Shown here: piece after piece, positions 44,339 to 55,980 of the stretch
How positions within the stretch are numbered: the stretch's first letter is position 1
How the letters are laid out: every line of letters starts with the position of its first letter
From: Trypanosoma brucei
Lineage: Eukaryota
NCBI GenBank assembly: GCA_000002445.1
Contig: CM000207.1
Span: 1,344,001-1,408,000, forward strand
Direction: 5' to 3'
DNA length: 64,000 nt
Position numbers and translations under genes: made by a program
Notes under the pieces: model-generated
What the model was told of the DNA's origin: nothing
Databases searched by the model: none
What the model saw: only the letters and a program-made list of their open reading frames with translations

Positions 44339-45447
44339 CTTTTATTATCTTTTATTTTTTCGTTCACAGCCTTTAACTTTCCGCCAGTTTCTTCCCTCTT
44401 TGTTCCACTGCAAGTCGGAAACCCTTTGTCAAAGTCTGATAGTTTGGGAAGAAAGGGTAATAATGACATAAAAGCAAAGGTGAGGAAATCAGAAAAATGA
44501 CCAATCAGTCGCATCACTGGAAACGGTGTCGATGGCTATGGAGAGGGAGAGTTTGTATTTGTGTGGAAATGTGCCAATTATGAGTAGAAGCTACAATGGG
44601 TGCGTTTCAGCATTTCCTGCACGGAATAACTCACTGGATTTGTCGACATAAGCCCACATACCGAGAAATCGGAAGTGAATTATGGATCCGACACGCCACG
44701 CATCAAAGACTTTCCTTAAAGAGTAACATAGTTATGGCAACGCCAGGGCACGAAAACGGTGCCGTCACGAAGTGGGAGCATCAAATGTTACTAACCACCC
44801 GCCACGACACCGTTAACAACCCTGTCGGCGCGCCGTGTGTTTATGTGTGCGTGCGTGCGTGCAAGAACAAAAAGGATGGAAGGTTTCCGCCATGCAGACC
44901 CCTTCCCTCCTCCAACCAATAGCGGGGCCACTGACGGAAAAACCGCTACAAGGGAATATTGATATTTGGTGTTACCACATGCGTTAGCACCCTCCCACCG
45001 CATGTATTACACAATCCCCTTACCGCGCATGCCGCCGCCGCCCCTCATGTATGTTGTTTCACTTCCCCATAGCCACCGCTACATATGTGTACTTGTATAC
45101 ATATTCGTTAACAAACATTCTCGTCTTGGGATAGCACCACGACAAAAAAAGGGAAGAACAATGGCACATATACCTTCGTTGGCGAGCCCGCATCTATGTG
45201 CAAGACATGCGGGGGTGTGAGAACGGTGACAGATACAATCACTGCAATGTGAAACCTTGATAGGTACAATAATTCTGTACATCCTTCGCCGAAGCTTCGT
45301 CTAAAAACCACCACCCCCGCCACGAGAATGGCCCGACTATAACAACGTGGGCACACCTCGCAGACGCTTAGGGAGGAGGCGTTAAAACACAATCACTTCT
45401 AACTCTCACGTTCATAGTTTACTTCTGTACAAAAACTACCTAATCAT

Positions 45448-46485
45448 TTACATTTCCTGCCGCATTTTTTTTGTCAACCGCGCAACCTCAGGTGATGTGT
45501 CGGGATGGTTGTCAACACGGTACCCTTCGAATCTCAGGTGAAGGTCAGCACCGTGCTTGATCAGTGCGCGTGCAAGTGAGACGTCCTCAATTGCCATGAA
45601 GAGCGGTGGTCGTCCGTCGCTCTCACGGGGTTGGTTCGGGTCGGCGCCGCACTCGAGCAAAGATATTGCGGCTTTGGGCTTCTCAACGGAGCAAGCGTAT
45701 TGAAGGGGTGTCATTCCGGGGACAATCGCCCTTGCAATGTCATATTCGCCACTAACTATGAGGTGCTTGATGGTATCCACGTCCTCGTTCAGAAGTGCCT
45801 CTTTCATCTTCTGCGCCGCCAGTGCCAGTGGGGCCTCATCGATGGCTCTGTTCAACTCCACAGAACGGTGGAACCACTTACCTGAAAGGGCTTCGTCTTC
45901 GTCCAGGTCAGTCTCACTGTCGCTATCGCGACCCTCCGCGCGCCGCCGTTGACGCTTTGCCTCTTGAGCCTCACGGAACCTCGCCTCGCTCGGGAGACGG
46001 AGGGACCACTTACCCGACCCATCGGCACGGCGCACGGCTATGCTGTTCTTTAGGATCAGAGGGGGGAATGGGATATCAACATTTTGATCAATGTCGAATG
46101 CCTTTTCAACGCAGAAGATCAATCTGAAGAACTCCCTTCTTGGATACTTTTTTGGTTCCGGTTTAAGGCAGAAGACCATGAGCGCTATATCGCGGAAGGC
46201 CTGCTGTCCAACCCCCCCGCAGTTCATGATGAGCACCCAGTCGCCGTTGTTGGAGCCTATTTCGATGTAGCCCAACGTGTGTTCAACGTCTTGCGTCGTT
46301 GCGAAGTCAAAGTACCAAACAGCGCTATCCGTTTCCCTGGCAATTTTGCACAGAGACAGATACGGATCCCCATCTTCCCCGAAGAGGATAACGGGTGTGC
46401 GGCAGTCGGCGTTCTTCATTCCTCTTTGCACATGCTCGAGTGGGACGAAATCGGGAGGAATCTCCACCACACCACCTTGTGCCAT
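45448..46485 (-). CDS. Ankyrin-repeat-containing hypothetical protein (345 aa)
   Basis: C-terminal ANK-like units (MTPLQYACSVEKPKAAISLLECGADPNQ, RPPLFMAIEDVSLARALIKHGADLHL). The N-terminal region has no call. Confidence 0.55.
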   Translation of the reverse strand: MAQGGVVEIPPDFVPLEHVQRGMKNADCRTPVILFGEDGDPYLSLCKIARETDSAVWYFDFATTQDVEHTLGYIEIGSNNGDWVLIMNCGGVGQQAFRDIALMVFCLKPEPKKYPRREFFRLIFCVEKAFDIDQNVDIPFPPLILKNSIAVRRADGSGKWSLRLPSEARFREAQEAKRQRRRAEGRDSDSETDLDEDEALSGKWFHRSVELNRAIDEAPLALAAQKMKEALLNEDVDTIKHLIVSGEYDIARAIVPGMTPLQYACSVEKPKAAISLLECGADPNQPRESDGRPPLFMAIEDVSLARALIKHGADLHLRFEGYRVDNHPDTSPEVARLTKKMRQEM

Positions 46486-46939
46486 TGTAAAATCCCAAAC
46501 GTTCTCTTCTTTTTCTTCCTGCTTTGGAATACCTTTTTAGTTCTGAAGAGCTTTAAACAACAACAACAACAACAAAATAAAAAATATATGCGCTAAAAGG
46601 ATCGGTTTTGTAGAAGGAATTCACGGAAGGGATGCGGATACACTCAGCGACGGAAAGGAAAGAGTAGCAGTTGAAATGATTGAACATGTGAGGGAAAACT
46701 GGGCAATTTCACGTAAGAATACACCTCAACTGCAACCCTAATAAATCCCAGAAGCAACTTCCCGCTCGTAAACACACATATTTGAAACCGACATACAATG
46801 GTCCAGTGTTGGGTGGGTAGCGCGTTCCTCTGAGACGCGTGAAACAAACATTAAAATTGTTCACCTGAAGGCCCAGATTTCTCGTCACATGTATCCCTCT
46901 TCCGCCATTCACACCCTTTGGTACACAGACACATCCGTA

Positions 46940-48010
46940 CTAGAGTGGTGCGCGCAAGCGGAGTGACTTCCTTCGGAGACTTGCTATGTCCTTCACGCCG
47001 CAAGCAAACATGGCGACGACGAGTTCCCTTCTGAGGCGCTGGATCACCTTGCGCACCGCTTCAGGACCCTCCAATGCAGCTTTGAGAAACGGAAGGGCGG
47101 CCGTCGCGCACTCCGCTCCCATCATAAGTGACTTTGCGATGTCGAGACCGGTGCGAATGCCCCCGCCTGCGATAAGATGGAGTCCGCCCTTCTTTGCGAG
47201 GGGCGCGCACTCCGTCAAGCATTGGTCCGTAGTCACGCCTACATCACGGAATATGAAGCCGAGGTTTTCCTCCTCCACTGTGTAGGGGTGCCGCCTTCCT
47301 TCAATCCATGCCCAAGAGGTACCACCACAACCCGAAACGTCAATATACTTCACACCGGCACGCTGAAGGGCGACAACGCTTTCATAGTCGATTCCGTGCC
47401 CAACTCCCTTAACGATCACCGGTACTTTAACTTGGGGAAGGAGGGCCTTTAGCTTTTCCAGAAGATTCTCAAAATTAGTATCCCCCTCGGGTTGACATGC
47501 CTCCTGTGTGTGATTAAGGTGAATGAAGAGTCCATCCGCCTTTACGCATTCGATAAGCCTGTTGACATCAGCGGCACCGAAGCCGTAGTTTAACTGCACG
47601 AGTCCAATGTTCGCGAACATTTGAACGGAGGGGCAGAACTGCTTGACGTCAAATGTGTGAACCGCCGCGGGGTATCGATTAACAACGCGCATGCTTCCAA
47701 CTCCAAAAGGAATGCCCTCTGCTTCACAAGCTTGCGCCAAACTCATATTTATAGTCCGACCGTGCGACTCACCACCAGTCATAGAGGAAATAATGAAGGG
47801 AAAGGAGAGACTCCGCCCCATGAAGGAGCAGCGTGTGTCGATGTTTGCCATGTTGATCTCAGGAAGTGCGGTGTATGGTACAACATACTTGTCCCATATC
47901 GAGCGCCCATTCTTGTAGGGTTCGACATTCCTCTTGAGGCAGATATTTATATGGTCCTTTTTGCGGTCCATAACTGCAGCTTCCTTGTCTGCATTCCTTG
48001 ACTCGGACAT
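46940..48010 (-). CDS. IDI: Isopentenyl-diphosphate delta-isomerase, type 2 (FMN-dependent IDI-2/Fni)
   Basis: Family motifs [19 protein letters not shown] and [10 protein letters not shown]...[14 protein letters not shown] (TIM-barrel FMN enzyme). Confidence 0.8.
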   Translation of the reverse strand: MSESRNADKEAAVMDRKKDHINICLKRNVEPYKNGRSIWDKYVVPYTALPEINMANIDTRCSFMGRSLSFPFIISSMTGGESHGRTINMSLAQACEAEGIPFGVGSMRVVNRYPAAVHTFDVKQFCPSVQMFANIGLVQLNYGFGAADVNRLIECVKADGLFIHLNHTQEACQPEGDTNFENLLEKLKALLPQVKVPVIVKGVGHGIDYESVVALQRAGVKYIDVSGCGGTSWAWIEGRRHPYTVEEENLGFIFRDVGVTTDQCLTECAPLAKKGGLHLIAGGGIRTGLDIAKSLMMGAECATAALPFLKAALEGPEAVRKVIQRLRRELVVAMFACGVKDIASLRRKSLRLRAPL

Positions 48011-48328
48011 CTTTGCTTCACCTGTTTCTTTCTTTTAAACTTGTGCTGCCAAATAGGTGAAGAAAGAGTAATTGCGACGGCAGCGGCTACCCCGAATGTG
48101 CACACACGCGCATTTTTTTTTTTTTACACAGTCCCACCAATGTGACGTGTGACAAGCAAAAGGTGAAGTAAAATTCGTAGTGGGCCCAAATTTTCAAACG
48201 CCAACACTACATGAATGAATGCCCGTGGGTTATAATCGAAAAGTCATAGTGATACTCCTCTCTGTTTGATGATCCCACTGTTTTCTTGTCTTCCCCATCC
48301 CCACTAGCTTAAATTTTGGAGCACCAAA

Positions 48329-50125
48329 CTAGGCGTCGCGGCGCGTTCCAAGGTATTTTATGTATTCATTAACGCATTCACACAAGGTCTCCGCAACGAC
48401 GATCTCAGTTAGCCCATCGTCCTGCTGCTGGCTGTGATCATCAGACTTTTTTACACGCTTCGTTTCTTTGTCAAACGACCAGTTCGCCGGCACTGGGTAC
48501 TTTATCATTTCAAAGAAGCGCTTGAACTCCCCCTTCGCCTTTTCGCCAGTGCCGTCTAGCCAAAATTCACAATCACCCGTCGGCGTCTTCACATTTACCG
48601 GGGGGAAACCGAGGCATGAAGCAATAAAGCGCAGTGACACATTCCCCCGAATACCGCTAAGCAGCTCTCTCAGCCACCGGAGACGGCATTTTGGAAGAAA
48701 AATCTTTACCAACGAATGCATTCCGTGTGGAAAATGGGGAAGAGTGCGCGCTATCGTGAAACAGTCTCCTTCTTCGCATGCCCCACAGAGCTTCAGAGTG
48801 TTGCGAACATCCTTCTTCCTAACCCGCGGCCCCGAGCTCTTTTGCGCCTGCTCACGCCTCGATAAGGTTGTGGTGGTGTAGTGGATTAACTCCGTGGCTA
48901 GAGCATCAAACTGACCACCGAGTGCGAGGTAAGCAAGTCGATAGCAAAAGAACTCGGATACAGAGTCACCCACACAATCTGGGGCGTCTTCGTACATCTT
49001 TTTTAACGAAGCTTGACACTGGTTAAACTCCCCAATGTCACCCAGCTCCAATGAAATGAGGGCATGCTTTTCGTACACCTCGATGGCGAACTCGTCCACA
49101 ATGTTTTGCACGCAAAGATCTTGCCGCATTCCCTTTAGTTGGTCACTCAGATAACGGTAAGCCTTGAGGGGATCCGGGTACTTTTCCTTGTCGTTTGCTT
49201 TCGCTTTTATGAACCTAAATGCATCCACGAGCACTTCCCGTGGGCGGATATCATCAGCCGCGGGTTCGTACCTCGAGTAAAGTCTTTCAAGTTCCTGTGA
49301 CTTCCCAACAAACTGCCGCTTCGGCTGTGTTACTTCATCAAGTACAATCATTTCTTGTAAGAATCGGTTAGTGCTCGCCCTCGCTTCCGCCGTTGGCCCC
49401 TCGTCAGACTCCGCTTTGTGTGCGCCGTTTTCTGAACGACGCACCTTCGCATTTGGGGGACAGTCTAAGTGATCTCTTGTGGTTTTTCCACCCAAGACAC
49501 TGTCCCTGGCCGTTTCCATCGGTTTAGAGACGGGACCCCCGTAGGATGCTAAGGATGATTGAGTGTGTGGTTGCTGAAGCTGCTTGCGGCATAGAGCCTG
49601 AAGTTCCTGAATAATTTTAATTACCTCCAGAGGGGTCACCGCCTCGTAGGTGCGCGTACCGGCCATGACATCCATATCAAGTCTTTCAAACGCTTGATTA
49701 AGTAAAGGATGGAGTGGCTGAGGGATCCGTCGCATACACTCTCCGTACAACTCGGTGCGATGATGAGAAGTCACTGCTCTCACTGACAGTCTTGGTGGTT
49801 CATTACCGCCACCACGAAGCATCGTCGGCCTCCTGTCTTCAGCGTCAGGCGGCATGACTAGCGATACAGTGGCCCAGTCGACTGCAGAGACACCGCCGTG
49901 AATGCGCATCACGTCTTCAACAAGGGCAATCACCCAACGCTCGTAACGCTGCCGCTGTGCTTCGTCACCCTTCGTTTTGGCAACGTGCGCGGCATTTCGA
50001 ACCCATTCGTTGAACGAATCTGTCACTGAGACACCGCGTGATGTAAAAAAAAAAGTAGAGAGGCAACTACCGTCCTTCGTCTTCATTTTCCATATGCTGA
50101 CTACCTGCTTCTTCCTTCTCCCCAA
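48329..50125 (-). CDS. SAC3/GANP-domain protein (598 aa)
   Basis: SAC3/GANP signature LKGMRQDLCVQNIVDEFAIEVYEKHALISLELGDIGEFNQCQASL. The start codon is ambiguous: a T10 run falls within the first 25 codons if ATG 50123-50125 is used. Confidence 0.6.
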   Translation of the reverse strand: MGRRKKQVVSIWKMKTKDGSCLSTFFFTSRGVSVTDSFNEWVRNAAHVAKTKGDEAQRQRYERWVIALVEDVMRIHGGVSAVDWATVSLVMPPDAEDRRPTMLRGGGNEPPRLSVRAVTSHHRTELYGECMRRIPQPLHPLLNQAFERLDMDVMAGTRTYEAVTPLEVIKIIQELQALCRKQLQQPHTQSSLASYGGPVSKPMETARDSVLGGKTTRDHLDCPPNAKVRRSENGAHKAESDEGPTAEARASTNRFLQEMIVLDEVTQPKRQFVGKSQELERLYSRYEPAADDIRPREVLVDAFRFIKAKANDKEKYPDPLKAYRYLSDQLKGMRQDLCVQNIVDEFAIEVYEKHALISLELGDIGEFNQCQASLKKMYEDAPDCVGDSVSEFFCYRLAYLALGGQFDALATELIHYTTTTLSRREQAQKSSGPRVRKKDVRNTLKLCGACEEGDCFTIARTLPHFPHGMHSLVKIFLPKCRLRWLRELLSGIRGNVSLRFIASCLGFPPVNVKTPTGDCEFWLDGTGEKAKGEFKRFFEMIKYPVPANWSFDKETKRVKKSDDHSQQQDDGLTEIVVAETLCECVNEYIKYLGTRRDA

Positions 50126-50350
50126 CCTTTCCTTTGTATCTTATGCAATAAAATACTTATCATAACAAGGAAGGAAGGAAAAGGGCAAAAACAGAACAAC
50201 ACTTGTTAGAAATTGCGTGTTGCAGCAACAGCACAGCACATTACAGCAACAGGCCGCAAAAGAACAATGGACAAGTTTTGCGCTTGACAATTGTAGCACC
50301 GCCTCCTGCGGGATGCAAGTTAAATCGTGACCTGGCAAATGAGCTCGAGT

Positions 50351-51493
50351 TTATTCGTTAGACGTTTTAACCACTATTTGAAGAACGTCCTCGTCTGCCA
50401 GTTGATGTTGTATTCCCACACGCTGCGGTTGGTGCTTTGAGCTAGTACCCCAGACAAGGGCGTACTTAAACCGTGAGACAATGTCCTTATGAATTCGCCT
50501 GCATATATGACCTACGGTTGCGTCCCTTTTGACCACGAACGGTTTTGTAAAGTCGGGGTGGCTACCGTGCTTCTTCGTGTAAATACGGATGATGTTAAGA
50601 TGCTCCCAAATTTCGTCAATGACCTCGTCTACATTTAAGTCCCAGTGAAGTGAAAGTACCACTGAGTGGGGCAGTCGACTAAGCCGGTCCATCTCCTCCA
50701 TTGTAATGGTATCTATTTTATTGTATATGTAGAGACAGGGCATGTACTTTCTGTTTCCCTCAATAACATCAATGAACTGGTCAATTGTTATATCTTCCCG
50801 TATAATGACGTCCGCGTTGTGAATACCATAATCCTTCAGAATGTCCTTCGCTAATCCTTCAGACATACCTTTCGTTAGTTTTACGGTTGATGTAAAGCCA
50901 ATTGCATTCATGCTGCATGAGGGTTTCTTCTTGAACGTCACGTCCGGGAAACTTTGATTAAGACGGATACCAACCGTCTCCAACTCCGCTTCAATTTTTC
51001 CCCGCTGTGCCTCCGCCCTAGCGGCATCTAACATTAAGATGATCATATCGGCAGTTCGAGCCGTTGCAATGACTTGTCTCCCACGACCCTTACCCTCCGC
51101 AGCCCCCTCAATGATACCGGGTAAGTCCAAAATCTGTATTTCGGTTCCCCTGTGCATTAGTTTCCCTGGAATACATGTGAGTGTCGTAAATTCATAACCC
51201 GCCGCCGTACTTTCTGTTGTTGTAACGCGTGAGAGAAAAGACGACTTGCCAACGGATGGAAAACCCACGAGAGCACACCGAACGTCGCCGCTCCGCCGAA
51301 CTTCAAAACCATCACCACCACGTGCCCCTGCGGCCCTTGTGGCGTTTTCCATCATTTCCGTTTTTATCCTCGCCAGTTGGCCCTTCAAACGACCAATGTG
51401 GTATTCTGTCTTCTTGTTCTTTTGTGTGCGGGCAATCTCCTCTTCGATCGCCTTCCGGCGTTCAAGTAAGCCCATCGCTGCTGTTGCGCCCAC
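50351..51493 (-). CDS. DRG: Developmentally regulated GTP-binding protein (DRG, Obg-family GTPase with TGS domain)
   Basis: MGLLERRKAIEEEIARTQKNKKTEYHIGRLKGQLARIK, then G1 GFPSVGKSS, DLPGIIEGA and C-terminal TGS-like. The probable true start is MGLLERR (6 codons in). Confidence 0.85.
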   Translation of the reverse strand: MGATAAMGLLERRKAIEEEIARTQKNKKTEYHIGRLKGQLARIKTEMMENATRAAGARGGDGFEVRRSGDVRCALVGFPSVGKSSFLSRVTTTESTAAGYEFTTLTCIPGKLMHRGTEIQILDLPGIIEGAAEGKGRGRQVIATARTADMIILMLDAARAEAQRGKIEAELETVGIRLNQSFPDVTFKKKPSCSMNAIGFTSTVKLTKGMSEGLAKDILKDYGIHNADVIIREDITIDQFIDVIEGNRKYMPCLYIYNKIDTITMEEMDRLSRLPHSVVLSLHWDLNVDEVIDEIWEHLNIIRIYTKKHGSHPDFTKPFVVKRDATVGHICRRIHKDIVSRFKYALVWGTSSKHQPQRVGIQHQLADEDVLQIVVKTSNE

Positions 51494-52167
51494 TTTTCGA
51501 GTCTGTTACCAAAACCGTAAAGGTATATGTAAAAATGCGAAAGGGTAAAACATAAATTGGTGTATGGCAGTAGATGGGGAAAGTAGAGCAAGAGACATGT
51601 CGAACGAGTAGTAAGTCATTTGGTCGTTCCAAAAAAAAAAAAAAACAAAACAAACGAGCCTCACATGCATGCGAGCAGTAAATGCACATATATATATATA
51701 TATGCATGTATATATATAGCGGTTTTACGCCGCGCTCCTAAAACCCTGAATTATGGATTTACGGCGGGGGAACACGGTAAAAAATGGGTCAAGTACATCC
51801 TTCAGGATTAAGGGCACGCAACTCATGCACAACACGCTCTAAAAAGATGCAAGGAATACGCACAAGTATAGATGGAGAGACGGGTTTATCGACGAATACG
51901 GGCCGAAGGGCACAGTCAGACAGTCACGCAAATGACCTCGTAACGCAGCGTGTCGCCCCGCGCATCTTTCGGATTTTTCCAGTTTGGAGATGGGTGTTGC
52001 TCCAGAGGCCACGTTCCACTGCCGGCTCCTTCTCCTCTCCTTCTTGCACCACTGCACGAATTTAAATTTTTTATTTACCACATATAAAACTGCTGAACCC
52101 ATTTTTCTTCTCGCCCTTTCCGACTACCCATGGAGCCCTAACGCCATTCCCTGCAACTGCAGTTATG

Positions 52168-53385
52168 TCAAGCCTTCACTCCGTCTTTTCCGGCCCCTGC
52201 CAACCCAATGGAGGCCGCTTCCACCCTCGACGAAGTAAACCCCATGAAGCAGGGCCTTGGGGTAAACTTATGCTTGGTGGCTGCTCTAGCTATTACCTCA
52301 TTCTCTAGGACTGCGGGCAGCCACTTATTGTCGATGATTCCTCGCAGTTCCTCCGCGGACGTGGCGGTCATCCGTTCCCGCCTCACTGGTGACCACGTCA
52401 TGTACGGCGTATGCCTCACATTAGCGCCCATGGCACGATGGTCTTCTAAAAGCGCAAACAATATCAAAGCAAAGTGAGCCAACCCCTCTTCCTTTGGTAA
52501 GATGCCACGTGTCGCCGTAGCGCAGGGTCTTTTCACGCCGAGGGCAAGACTCGTAATGGAAGCCTTGTTGCCGGCCCACGGTTGCGTGCCATGGGAATCA
52601 CAGAGGCAAAGTGTCCACGCCTCAACATAGGGACTGTCGTCCCTGTTGCGTGTATCGTGCGGAAGCGAGAAAATGGACACCGTATAATCGCCTGATGCGA
52701 TAACATAACCACAAACAGGGTTAGATTCGTTCGTCCTACGGCTTCGTTTCAGGTACGGTCGGCACAACTGATCTACCAGACTTTTCGCCCTCTCGTACTG
52801 ATTGTAGAAGAGGACTTCAAACTCATCACTATTAACGCGGCTCGGGAAGAATTCGTGAAGCCGTAGACAGGCGTTCAAGTCACTAATAGTTGGTCGGGCT
52901 TTTTGCTGCGGCCATGCGGGGGCGGAGAGTTGGTGTAACCATGCAGATATGTATAACAGATAGTTAACTGTTGAGACATCCGAGCAGTCTTGCATCATAA
53001 CAGCAAACCCTAGGGAGGAAAGCGTAACTGCTGCCACAGTTGAGAAGGTTTGACAACAGTCACCTGTTAGCGGTGGTAGGAGATGTCTCGCTTTCCCCTC
53101 GAGGGCATCAAACTGTGAATAAGTGCCCCTAACGCAGAAAATAACGCCTGGAACGTAGAAGTCATACACGTTTCCTCTACGAACAGAAATCTCGTCAAGA
53201 CTAATATCGGTTAGATGTCCCTCCTTGCGCTTGCGGCGCTCCTCTTCGCGAAGTGCTCTGCGGCTCTTGCCATTTTTCTGCTCCCCGTTAACTTGGCAGT
53301 CGGCCGGAACGTTACTCGTCACCGGTTTTTTCCTATCCCCCACTCTAAAAGATTGGACGGACACGTCGGAGCCGTCTTCACTCAT
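52168..53385 (-). CDS. Hypothetical protein (405 aa), basic N-terminus
   Basis: Long minus-strand ORF with non-repetitive sequence. No domain recognised with confidence. Confidence 0.5.
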   Translation of the reverse strand: MSEDGSDVSVQSFRVGDRKKPVTSNVPADCQVNGEQKNGKSRRALREEERRKRKEGHLTDISLDEISVRRGNVYDFYVPGVIFCVRGTYSQFDALEGKARHLLPPLTGDCCQTFSTVAAVTLSSLGFAVMMQDCSDVSTVNYLLYISAWLHQLSAPAWPQQKARPTISDLNACLRLHEFFPSRVNSDEFEVLFYNQYERAKSLVDQLCRPYLKRSRRTNESNPVCGYVIASGDYTVSIFSLPHDTRNRDDSPYVEAWTLCLCDSHGTQPWAGNKASITSLALGVKRPCATATRGILPKEEGLAHFALILFALLEDHRAMGANVRHTPYMTWSPVRRERMTATSAEELRGIIDNKWLPAVLENEVIARAATKHKFTPRPCFMGFTSSRVEAASIGLAGAGKDGVKA

Positions 53386-53719
53386 GTCATCCCTTTTTTA
53401 TCGTGTGTGTTTTGGGTGTTGGTAGAGGCATTTTATAGTAAACCGGAAGTGAAAACATATGGAGAAGCAAAGGAGGCGAAAACAAAACAAAAACAAGGTG
53501 AAGGTGGCAATTCCTCTCTCCTTTTTACCAACTGTGCACAATGGACGTGTGCAGGAACAAACCGGGAAATGACACCAGCAACAGATATGAGAAAGAACTC
53601 AGTCAAGCTCACACGTTGCGGTCCATGAGCGAGGCAATCGTGATAATGATAATGTGGGAGGGGGACATTCATAGTCTATTCTTCCTTGCTCATTTCCTTT
53701 TCTTGGTATTCTTTCAGTA

Positions 53720-54292
53720 TCACTTCTTGGAAAGAGTCTTTTGAACTCGCTCCATCAAACTCCTGCTGATATCCCCAGCACCTTCGGCAATTACAACAGC
53801 CGGGCTCGTCCAGTCCGGCTTCCCCTTCACAACCACGTCCTGGTTGAAACGAATTACACCAGCATCTTTGTCCCAGTGAATGTCTGGGTAAATACGTTCC
53901 AACTTGATTAAAGTGTCCAGTGCAGCGATCGGTGTTTTTTGGTCATCGGTCTGTAGAAGTTGATTACGTTTGTCTTTGGCGTTCCGCAGCTGTGAGCTCG
54001 CGTGTTTGAAGAGGGATCGATCACGTGCTGCCTGCATGGATGGCAGTCGCGCTTTCGCCTCCAACTGTGGTGGAAGCTTTTCCTCGTTGTCGCGAAGGGC
54101 AGTCACTTCCTTAATAAAGGGAGTTCGGATGATCTTAACATTTGGATTGCTGCCGGAGAATCCTTGAAAAAGAACAAGAAGCCCCTCGGATGAATTATAC
54201 GTGTAGACCGTACCATTCACGGTGGTATCATCAGCCAACGTCACGGAAACGCCCAAACCAATCAGCTGGGAGTCGTTGTTGCAGACAGGCAT
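53720..54292 (-). CDS. LSM12-like protein (Sm-like N-terminus plus anticodon-binding AD domain)
   Basis: The N-terminal GLGVSVTLADDTTVNGTVYTYNSSEGLLVL fits an LSm fold. The C-terminal IAALDTLIKLERIYPDIHWDKDAGVIRFNQDVVVKGKPDWTSPAVV resembles the LSM12 AD domain. Homology is recalled, not computed. Confidence 0.5.
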   Translation of the reverse strand: MPVCNNDSQLIGLGVSVTLADDTTVNGTVYTYNSSEGLLVLFQGFSGSNPNVKIIRTPFIKEVTALRDNEEKLPPQLEAKARLPSMQAARDRSLFKHASSQLRNAKDKRNQLLQTDDQKTPIAALDTLIKLERIYPDIHWDKDAGVIRFNQDVVVKGKPDWTSPAVVIAEGAGDISRSLMERVQKTLSKK

Positions 54293-54847
54293 GAAACCGT
54301 CGGAAACACTACGGATTAATTTACGGGAGGGTTTCTCTTCTCTTGTTAACTTGGTTGTTTATTACAAGCTTGAACTACTTCAGCTACCAAAAGTAACGGG
54401 AATACGCCAAGTACCAGTAGTAAAAAAGTTACAGACAACACCAACAAAAAAAATAATTGCGAAAGGATTTTAATGCGAACTTCAACATTCAATCCCTTGG
54501 AAGAGAAGTGAGCGGCATACAATACTGTCGAACAAGGGATCCCGAAAAGAAGTCTGTTAAAAGGAGGAGAAAAAATCGTGGATGGAACCAACAACAAAAA
54601 AGCTTGCATTGTCGCACACGTGCCACACCAACTGTACGAGCCGCACATCCATGCCGCAAAAACGGAACAGCCCAACCACATTGATTTGGTTGCTGTTTCA
54701 TTTTTCGCCTTTCCTTTATTTCTTCTTTCATCTTCCTTCAAATATTGTTAACGTGCTTCGACCCTTAACTTGTGTGTAAAATGTAAAGATACTCCCAGTT
54801 CCTTTCTTCATTGGGGTTCCCCTCCTTTTCATCCAACCCCATTAGTA

Positions 54848-55639
54848 TTAAGCATGAAAAATGTAGTGCATACCTCTCTTAGCATACACAAACACGCTTT
54901 TTGTTTTAGCATAGTTGAGGATTTCTCTGCTTGGGACTGCTGTAGTGCCAATGAAGAGGTGGGAACGCTTCGATAAGAGCTGTGCGTACAGTTGCTTCAG
55001 CTGACGGTGCCGGTCCCCTTCTGGTGGTTCTTTCGACCACTCCTTGAGGAACTGGCATGCCCCCGCGAGGTTATTTATTTGCGCTGGTGAGAGCGTGTTG
55101 TGACAACTTACCAGGCCGGAGTCGTTGGGTGCGCTTAAGATTCCATCAAACCATATCGTTGTCGGAATTTTGTCAGGGCTCTTCGCGTTGAATTGATTAC
55201 GCACCTCTAGATCCGCGGCCCGGAAGACAAATTTATAGTCTATGGGATCCACTCGGTGATCCATTGTGAAGGGGGAGCCTGCGCTGCAGCAAATAGCCCT
55301 CATTGTGTTATAGCTGGCGTTACTTTTCGCACGCCGTGGCAAAAGCTGATACAGGTTATCATCCTTGTGAATGCTTACCAGTTCAGCCCAATCGTCAATG
55401 AGCAGCGGCTGACCTACGGGGTGTTGAGGAGGGATGGCCCCGTATTGCCGCATTACGGTCTGCTGCTCAGGTGTTATGGCTTCAAAGACAAGAGATTTCG
55501 CCTCGTAAGCATCAAACACGCGGTTGTGGAGCTTCTGTTGCGTCACATTCCCCGACATGTCCCTCAGCCGAACCACTAAAGTTTGAAGAGTAGTGTTGAG
55601 TAGCGACATTTGATGTATTGTTAACGCATGCAGGTGCAC
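54848..55639 (-). CDS. Hypothetical protein (263 aa)
   Basis: Minus-strand ORF in the polycistron. No domain recognised. Confidence 0.45.
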   Translation of the reverse strand: MHLHALTIHQMSLLNTTLQTLVVRLRDMSGNVTQQKLHNRVFDAYEAKSLVFEAITPEQQTVMRQYGAIPPQHPVGQPLLIDDWAELVSIHKDDNLYQLLPRRAKSNASYNTMRAICCSAGSPFTMDHRVDPIDYKFVFRAADLEVRNQFNAKSPDKIPTTIWFDGILSAPNDSGLVSCHNTLSPAQINNLAGACQFLKEWSKEPPEGDRHRQLKQLYAQLLSKRSHLFIGTTAVPSREILNYAKTKSVFVYAKRGMHYIFHA

Positions 55640-55980
55640 TCAACTTACGAACTAAAACTACTGTGATGGTGGCACACAATGTCGGGATAAAAAAGAGTGT
55701 TTGGTCATAATGATAATAGCACTCACGCGCAGTTATACGGCAAACCGTTATTCCTCCTTCACTGTTATTACTTAATTATTTTTCACTTTTGCAAGATGGT
55801 CGGGAAGGGCAAGATGAAAAGTGGGAGGAATAGGTTGTGGAACGGCACCTCAATGCCGTCCTCCTTTCGAGCTACGGAGGTAAAGCAACAACAACAACAA
55901 CGAAAACCACCTCCCCTCTCATTTTTATTTGTGGTTCAAGTTCACAACTGAAGATACCACCACCCCAATGATTTCGCAAT

